A DNA stretch of 64,000 bases from Dimorphilus gyrociliatus (Eukaryota; Animalia; Annelida): positions 930,001-994,000 of the forward strand of contig CAJFCJ010000001.1 in assembly GCA_904063045.1 (NCBI GenBank), in the 5' to 3' direction. The notes beneath the pieces are model-generated. The model saw nothing but the letters and a program-made list of their open reading frames with translations. It was not told where the DNA came from and did no database searches. Below, one piece after another: positions 53,415 through 64,000 of this stretch. Position numbers and translations under genes: made by a program. The number at the start of each line of letters is the position of its first letter. The stretch's first letter is position 1.

Positions 53415-54869
53415 ATGAGTACTATGGATTTATTGACAATAGTAAAAGCAAGTATCTGTTCGTGAAATATCGATCATGCTATTTTAATTTAAATTAATCT
53501 ATAGGAGGGGAATCCATCTACACCTGATGGGGAACAAACTCCTCCAGTGGGTAAATTGCAGAAAAAGATGAAAAAACCAGAGCAAATGGCAAGGGAATTG
53601 TGGGGTTTGTTATCTACTGATGGCGAAGATTTAGACTATCCTCTTACACAAGCTGGTACATCGTATTGCACTCGTAAGATGGATATGATGAAGAGAAAAG
53701 TACGAAAGTGGAGACATGTTCAAGTTGAACATCCAACACGAAAGGATCATATGACGATGAAATGCCTTAGGCGTGAAGACGATCCTGGAACTTTTGGTTA
53801 CGGAAGATTCGATAAGTCTGTAGAATTTCTTCGTTACTCTCAAGCTGAATATGATGCTCATATTACTGATCGTGATGAGTGGACCAAAAATGAAACTGAT
53901 TATCTGATGCAGTTGGCTGTAAAATATAGTAGGCGATTTGTAGTTATGGCCGATCGCTATTTGATGGACCAAATGGACAATCAGAGTTTTGAAAAGAGAT
54001 CAGTTGATGAACTGAAAGCTCGATTTTACTACATTCAAGAAACATTTAATAAAGTACGCAATATAGACCAAGAAGATGAGTGTATGTTTGATGCGTCAAA
54101 TGAAGAACGACGCAGAGAACAACTAGCAAGACTTTTGTCAAGGTCTCAGAAAGATATTGAGGAAGAACAGCAACTTGAAAATGAAATGAGTAAGATAGAA
54201 GCTCGTAAACGTGAAAGAGAAAAGAAAACTCAAGATTTGCAAAAATTAATGACTCAAGCATCCGTGTCTAATGTTTCAGTTCCTAGTACACCTCATACTC
54301 CACTATCGGCTTCTCCCTCTAAGAGAAAGTCTTTGCCGGCTACACCAATCTCTGCATCCTTGAATGTGGACGGCATTAAATATCATGATTGGTCTGGCCA
54401 TACTGGCCCATCGGTTAGATCTCAAAGGATGAAATTGCCAAGTACACTAAGTGTGAAGAAACATAGAGCAATAGACTGCGCTTTAAGAAATATGAAGGCT
54501 GACACGCCAACTGCAACTGAAGAGAATGTAGAACTGTTTAACGAATTAAGGAGTGATATAGTAAGATTATATGAGGAGGCTTTACAAATGTTCAACCTCC
54601 AATACGAAATGCATTCGACGAGAATCAGTATACAACAATCAAATCCTTCTTACGAACTCCCTGAAGATCTGAAGGGGGCATTAAGTGTTCCGTCTATTCC
54701 AATTCTAAGCGGCGTTGATCTTTCATCAGGAACAAATCCAACTCCTTCAGTTAGTTTTATAAAATTTGTATTATTTCATTTATTTTACATGTTTTTTTTT
54801 CAGCGTAAGAAAAGGGCAGCTGCTATTGAACAAGGAAATGTTTTGCGTAAGATTAAACAAAAAGTATAG
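53415..54869 (+). CDS. DMAP1: DNA methyltransferase 1-associated protein 1 (Eaf2/Swc4; NuA4/SWR1 subunit)
   Basis: KKPEQMARELWGLL, KVRKWRH, SANT domain WTKNETDYLMQLAVKYSRRFVVMADR...RSVDELKARFY, KARKREREKKTQDLQKL. Short first exon (ATG 53415) and a 54-nt last intron (54750-54803). Confidence 0.92.
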
Positions 54870-54911
54870 TTGAGTAAAGATGGACTTTTGTTTGTATTGT
54901 TTCTATTGAAT

Positions 54912-56053
<1,142 letters not shown>

Positions 56054-56199
56054 TTAGACGTAGCGTTTGTAAACGGTGACAAAAAACTGGTTGTGTACGA
56101 AAACTGGTATTAGTTTTCGTAGCAGACGAAATTGACTCGTGTGTTACTGATTTCTAATCTAAAGAATTATCCTAACATACCTAATATTCCTATCTCCAA

Positions 56200-57329
56200 A
56201 TGTCTAGCTATCGAAATGTGTTAAAGTCTTATCAGAAGACTCATCGAGAGAGAGGACAGGTATGTAATTCAATGATTTGGTTATTCAATACTGAAATTAA
56301 GAGAGTGATAATCAATGGAATAAATATTTTAGCTTGAATCCAGAAAACACTTAGGATTTCTTGAAAAGAAAAAGGATTATAAGATTAGAGCAAAGTATGT
56401 TATCTAATATGTCCTTTTATCTAATGAATGATACCATCTTTTATTTAGTGAGCGAGCTAAAAAAGAAAAAATTATAAAGACCTTAAAAAATAAGGCATTG
56501 GATAAAAATCCTGATGAATTCTATTTTAATATGATAAATAGCAAAGTGAAAGTAAGTAAAATTAGATAAGTTTGAAAGTATTCATCTAATTTCTCAATGT
56601 TTTGTATTTTCACTAGTCTGGAATCCATGAAGCAAAAGATGAAGAGAAAACATATACTGACGCTCAACATAAATTAATGAATACACAGGATTTAGGTTAT
56701 GTTAAATATAAGCATACTTCAGAAAAAAAAGTAAGCTATTATCAAATAAATTTCATAATTATTTGATCAATAAAAGTCATGTTGTTTGTTAACAGAAAAT
56801 TGAGCAATTAAAAAGTAGTATGCATTTCCTCGATGTTGAAAAACCTAATAAACACATTGTCTTTGTCGATTCAAAAACAGAAGGTTTGAATTCTCATGAA
56901 ATTCATTAATCAGTATATATATTCATTATTTCAATTTTGATAGAGAGAGAATTTGACCCTGTCAAGTATTTTGATACTCATCCTTCGCTTGTTGATAGAA
57001 GTTTTAATAGGCCAAAAATGAGCACTCTAGAGAAGCCTATAAATATTGGAGAAAAAGCAATCTTAAGAACTACTGATAAACGAATCAAAACTTACAAAGA
57101 GTTAGGTCAGAGATTGGATAGAGAGAAAGAATTAAGAGTCATTCAAGATAAACTCTCTGTAAAGAAACGATTACTGATGGTAGGGAAAATAGATTGATTT
57201 GTATGTAAATCCTTTTTTTAAATATGCTCTCGTTTGTTTTAGGAAAAGAAGACAAAGAAAATAAAGATTAAAGGAGAAAGCAAAACAAGTGCAGCTGTTT
57301 ATAAATTGAAAGCTAAACGTAAACGTTAA
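56200..57329 (+). CDS. UTP11: U3 snoRNP / SSU processome protein UTP11, multi-exon
   Basis: MSSYRNVLKSYQKTHRERGQ, GFLEKKKDYK, KALDKNPDEFYF, FDPVKYFDTHPSLVDRSFNRP, and terminal KRKR*. Confidence 0.94.
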
Positions 57330-57399
57330 AAAGTTATCTTGAATTTAGCTCTATTCTTTTGTTATACAATTAATTCAAAGTTATTTTTATCTTTTTTTG

Positions 57400-58842
<1,443 letters not shown>

Positions 58843-59125
58843 TTTTTTTTACTTTATTGTTTTTTTCAGTATCACTTATTTAAAACAAAATTAAAAATGA
58901 TTTAAAATATGTAACGTCAATAACATGTCATATTTTTCAAATAGAATAAAATATGTTAAGTACACATAGGGGGGCGCTGATAGTTATCATTTGACGCATT
59001 TCTAATCCATTGATAAGCATATATTCACTAAACACTTTAATAATAGTCAGGTTTTCTTTTAAAAATAGTGAATCTATTTTTAGCAGTTTTCTTATATATC
59101 AATGATTTTATGCAAATTCAAAAGT

Positions 59126-60124
59126 CTATTTATGCCAACTATGCATCATGTTGTGAGATGGATGATGTATTTGAGACGGAGGAAGAGATTGATCGACATC
59201 TGGCAAGGGTGAATCTTGAAAGGGGCTTGAGGTATATCCATTATTGTACAAGAAAAGTCTTTTTGACATTTCGAAGGACATAAACATGATACCGGCATAT
59301 GGCATGACTTTGATAAGATTTGCAGTTGTTCCATTCCATAGGGCTAATACACCTTTAGATCGGACTGTTTGAACAAATCCATCAATCATACCATTAAAAT
59401 GAACATCTGGTCCCGCTCCCTCAATAAATTTCGACTGAGCTTGCAATTTTTTTCTTATGGTGTCAAAAGGATAAGAAAGGGTTTGAGCAAAAGCACCAGC
59501 CAAACAACCATCAATGAAATTCTCGAGAGGCGTCATTTGTGACTTGGGTTTTTTCCAGGCTTTTTCCAATATCTCATAAGCCATGAAAGTTGCTCCAGCG
59601 AATGGTATAACTCCAATAATTGACGTACCCATACCTTTGTATAAACTTAGAGCTCCTTCCTCAGCTGCTATAACTTTGAAAGCGTGTACAATTCCTTTGT
59701 ATTTTGCTTTTGAAAGATCAGCGTGCTGAGCTGTCAATCTTGTTTTTACCATATCCATAGGATATGTTGCAATGACCGCCACAACGCCTCCTGCAGATCC
59801 AGCTACCATTGCATTGATTGGGGATATTTTTCCATTTTTATCAGACAACACATTCTTAAATTTTTCATAAGCAGCAAATTGAAGAGCATAGTAAGGAAAT
59901 CCTCTGAGAGAAGCAATAGCATTTCCTTTCCAAAATGCTCTGATTCCTTCATTTTTATACTGATTGACAAATGTTGAAAGCATTCCACTCCTTGCGTCTC
60001 CAATTCCAACTTGTTGAAGTGTTTTTACAACATCTAAGGGTGAACATACGGTCCTGCATATAACGCCGGCGTTGCCACCGCATATTAAGTTTTGAGTAAA
60101 TGTTAATCTGTTGTCCTTCGGCAT
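59126..60124 (-). CDS. SLC25A43: Mitochondrial carrier SLC25A43-like, single exon
   Basis: Three carrier repeats with Px[DE]xx[KR] (PLDVVK, PMDMVK, PFDTIR). DNRLT...FWKGNAIASLR resembles SLC25A43. First ATG at 60124. Confidence 0.85.
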   Translation of the reverse strand: MPKDNRLTFTQNLICGGNAGVICRTVCSPLDVVKTLQQVGIGDARSGMLSTFVNQYKNEGIRAFWKGNAIASLRGFPYYALQFAAYEKFKNVLSDKNGKISPINAMVAGSAGGVVAVIATYPMDMVKTRLTAQHADLSKAKYKGIVHAFKVIAAEEGALSLYKGMGTSIIGVIPFAGATFMAYEILEKAWKKPKSQMTPLENFIDGCLAGAFAQTLSYPFDTIRKKLQAQSKFIEGAGPDVHFNGMIDGFVQTVRSKGVLALWNGTTANLIKVMPYAGIMFMSFEMSKRLFLYNNGYTSSPFQDSPLPDVDQSLPPSQIHHPSHNMMHSWHK

Positions 60125-60649
60125 AACCACAAATATGAGATAGCCGCTCTTATTTACTGACCTTCTTCACAACAATGTGACTGAACGAAGGTTACTATGG
60201 ATCCTGTAACAGTGAATAAAATTGGAACGATATTTATTATCCCGCCAAATTTCAAAAATATACAGTATATAAAATATTTACGATAAAAAGTGATAATAAT
60301 AGTAATAATAATAAGAATAATAACCTTTTTTCTAAATTTATTAGTTTATTAAACAGTTTAATAAATAAATTAGAATTTTTCTTTCTAGGAAGAAACGACA
60401 AATTTAAGATTATAAGGAACGACACTGATAGATCTTCTAAAGAAAATTCTTTCGTATGTTTTTTTGTTAATTAGCAAAAAAAATTCAAAAGTTGGTTGTT
60501 TGAAATTTTAACTACTATTATATAAATATATAGTTATATCTTTTGAGACTTTGCTGCTGTTTATACTGACGTAATAGACAATTGTTTGTGAGTATTCTAA
60601 GACATCGTACGAGATAGATGAATAAATATAAAATTATTTGTCTCTTTTC

Positions 60650-63600
60650 TTATGGAAAGATTCTGGACCTTTGAATGGCCAGTTGTTGTTGAGCTGACTG
60701 GATCCGTCTATCCTTTAATTCCTGACCCTGTTTCTCAAGTTGCCTAAAATGTTCTATTCTTTGCAATTTCGCTTGGCGTTTGTTTCTATCTTGCTGCAGG
60801 GTTTGATGCTCCTCTTCTGCTAGACGTTCTGAAATCATCATGTTCCTTTCTTGAACTCTCTGTTGTCTACATTCCTGTCTTTTGTTCATTATCTGCGTCT
60901 GCTCTTGTTGTTTTTCGATATCAGCCATCTCTCTCTCTTCTCGACGTATTCTCATCGCCATTAGCCTCTTTTTCTTTCTATTATTGTCCTCAACGTTCAT
61001 CGTTTCATACTTTGAGCGTATTTCGAACACAACTCTCCTTTTATGAATAGTTTGTTGCTCAATTTGTTTTTCCATTTCTACTCGCTTTTCTTTCTCTTTG
61101 TCTAAACGTTCCATAATTTGACGTCTTTGATTCTGCTCTCCAATCGCTTTTCTTCTTGCAAATTCCAACTTAGCCCCTTCTTCGGCTGCAGCTCTTCTAG
61201 CGACCTGTTGCCTCTTAAATTCTTGTCTGTATTCTTGTTTCTTCTCTTCCGCTGTTGGTTCGTAATGATCTGGAGGTACAGACGATCGAACATATCGAAT
61301 AGTTGTTGGCGGTTGTGGAATATGTTGAACTTGGTCGCACTTATATCCCATGGAATCCTTAACAGACGGTCCAGAATTTTGGACTGATTGATAAACTGAA
61401 TCGGTCCAAGCGCCTAAAGAGCAGAGAAAAAGAATGTTAATGAAATCATTCAAAGTAAATTGTATCTAGTCACTCACCACTGCGTCTTAAACTGTGGTCT
61501 CTTGCCTCGAGAGGAGCCTGAAGCAAAGTTTCCCGAAAAGGCCTATATCCAGATGAGAAAGTGTAGGGGTTCGTTAAAGAGGGTGCAGGCTCATTTTTCC
61601 AATACTTCCAACGAGGTCTGGAAACTCTATGACAACGTCTCACTTTCGAAGATGGGGATGGGCTTCTTTCTCTGTCAACGTCTTCAGAAAGTTTTTGTCT
61701 GACCTTCTCAATTTCTATTTCCTTTTCCTTTTCCTTTTCCTTGTTTTCTCTCTCCACTTCAAGCTCTAGATCAAGTAAATCCAGTTCATTATCTTCTACA
61801 TCCGATACGAGATTGTTGTCAGATGCAGACCCTCTTCCACTGTCTGTGACGCTGTCAAATGTTACAGATTTCTTTAGAGAGCTATTCGGTCTAGCTTCTC
61901 TTCTATGCAAAAGTCTTGATCTTGTACCATTTTCCAAGTAATGTTTATTCTCAGTGATTTGTGCTGAAACGAGAGAATTGAGCTGAGATAAAGTCATATC
62001 AGTTCCTGGTATTAGGCCATCAGGATTTTTAGTCTCTTCTGAGGCCGAAGCAACTTCATGCATTGGGATATATGCGTTGTGTCTATATAAGCCTCGAACT
62101 TTTCTACCATCGTTTTTCTCAACTGTTATTGACCTGTATCGGTCAAAGTCATCTCGATAAGCAGGTGGATTTGGTGGGTTTGCTGGTGAACTTCTTAGAG
62201 ATTTGGGTAAATTCAATTCAAAAGAAATTCTATCATAAAACGGGCCAGGAATCCAAACTGATAAACCAGAACTTATTTCACATGTCTGACCATTAACAAA
62301 CTTTACGATTAGTGGACCACTTATAAGATCAGTTTTCTCGCTTCCTGTTAGCACTATACCTGGACCATATTTACCTTTTCCATCGATTGGTGCCAAAACA
62401 TGATCAGAGGGAGCTATAGGATGTCGTCTGGCGTCTTCAATTGATACTATATCATAGATTAGAGTTTCTTGAAAGGTGGAAGAACTTTGACGGGGTTTCT
62501 TTGATGCGAACTCGACTAAAAATTTATCGTCTAATAGATGAGATTTTACATTTCCGAAATAGAAATATCCATCATCATGTTTTCTTGCTAAAACTTTTGA
62601 TCCAACAATCATTCTTCCAGCGTCTTCGGCAGAACCAACCTCTCCAGCTACATCGACGATTCTCTCTCTAGTAGATGTCCAATGATAAGGAGGAGTATAT
62701 TTTACCCATCCAGATGGTGGGTTGTTAGAATAATAGCAACTTGGGACATTTAGATGTGAAATTGATTTCTTTGGTGGTGGTTGGACGATAATCTGTTCGG
62801 GATATTCTTCTAAGTTTGTGGATATTGAGCATAATCTATTTTGTAAGTGATGAACTTGTCGATCTGATGAAATAACAGTTGAAGTACCCGGCGAACATAC
62901 AGTTGTCAGTTGTTCCAAATGTTTATGGCAGCTTGTTGTAACAAGGTTGAGAGTTCCATAGCTTTCAGATGCCAGTTGACTAAGGAAATTAGTAATTGTC
63001 GCATTTTCAGGACAATCCCCTTTTTCCAGGAAATAGCAATGAACTGGTCGGCCATTGGTAGCAGGTATCACGTGATCAAGGGTGTCTTCTGGATGATCAT
63101 CGGGTAAAGAGTCCGTGACAAGACACACGCAATCGCACTCGTTATCACCCAGAGCAGTTAGAATAGCGTCTAACACGTTTGAAGTCGTTTTAGGTTGAAC
63201 ATTTCTTAACCATTCTGAAGCTATTTTTACAGTGTCCAAGTTGCAAAGAACGCATTTATCAGCCCACGCAGTGGCCTGTCCGCTGAATTCAATTATATTG
63301 AACATTCCGGGTTGATCACTTCTGGCTCGTTCCTCTAAAGTTGCAATAAGTTGATCTTTGACTTCTTCCAAACAATCGAACATTGATGCACTAGTATTTA
63401 TACAGAATACTACATTTTTTTCATTGATGTTCTCGAAAAGATAAGTTTCTGTTGTACTTTTCAAAGTACCTCTAATCTCTGGGCATTCTCCTTTAGAGCA
63501 AACAAACTTTAATCGATCATATAGGTTTTCGGAGATCCAGACAACGTTTGATCGAGGAACACGTTGCTTTTGATCATTTGCGAGTCTTATTTCAATTTCA

Positions 63601-64000
63601 TCTGCAGAGCCACTCTCCTCACTATCGATAGAAATTATTTCAGCAGGAATATACCTGCCGTTTACGGAATTTTCCGGTGCAAGAACTTTATCGAGAGTTG
63701 CTAGGGGATGACGTTTACCATCATTCAGAGATATAAGATCAATGATATGAGTTTCTTGGAATTCATTTTTATCCTTTTCTCTTGTGCTTTCAACATCCAA
63801 CTCAACAAGAAAATTTTCTGCATTTATCTGTGAATTTGTAACAGCTAGTTTACAAATATGATCGAGAACTGTCATAAATGATCATCAAATGCTAAGAAAA
63901 AGTAAAAAAATCTTACCTGATTTACAACTCTTCCACTATAATAGAAATTATTAGAATAATTTCTGGCTAATACAGATACATTTTGTAGGAAAATACCAGA
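60650..64000 (-). CDS. DUF4537(C11orf16-like)-VWA-DUF4537-coiled-coil protein; 5' end lies outside the window
   Basis: ORF-track entries 61470-63875 and 60650-61453 join via AGTG|gtgag...ctctttag|GC (phase 1). An upstream exon ends VLARNYSNNFYYSGRVVNQ and splices via intron 63828-63916 to INAENFLVEL. A VWA core (VVFCINTSAS...FNIIEFS...LVTDSLP) lies between two C11orf16-like modules. Confidence 0.75.

Noticed and set aside
63873-63916. ATG at 63875 as the start of the VWA gene, or a 25-nt micro-intron at 63892-63916
   Set aside because: The 25-nt intron is out of phase. The in-phase acceptor at 63828 joins an upstream exon that completes the first DUF4537 module, so the ORF-track Met lies in an intron.

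Overview
Eukaryotic (metazoan) nuclear DNA, not prokaryotic. It is AT-rich and very compact, with about 26 protein-coding genes, mostly 50-80 nt GT-AG introns, and intergenic gaps as short as 42 bp. The gene set, intron size and compaction suggest a miniaturised invertebrate genome, possibly a meiofaunal annelid such as Dimorphilus; this is an inference only. Order: POLRMT 3' end; a ~9.7 kb AT-rich stretch with no intact recognisable gene, holding a decayed TSG101/UEV paralog and other coding relics; a 3-BIR+RING IAP; PSME3; ZSWIM4/5/6; cathepsin L; PPP1R16; NUDT7; an ENT3-like transporter; a GT77 glycosyltransferase; TSG101; USP6NL; NOL11; BCCIP; a divergent HSF-domain orphan; ADO; OTUD6B; TTC14; intronless DNAJC10; DMAP1; DPM1; UTP11; beta-tubulin; SLC25A43; and a DUF4537-VWA-DUF4537 coiled-coil gene running off the right edge. 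I found no tRNA, rRNA, CRISPR array or intact transposon. The most notable observations are the UEV pseudogene, the convergent DMAP1/DPM1 pair whose first canonical poly(A) signals each lie in the partner's last intron, a cluster of in-frame stop-free introns in ZSWIM, the HSF-like orphan with an altered recognition helix, the GT77 enzyme and the duplicated-DUF4537 architecture. All identifications are by eye from motif recognition; no searches were run.
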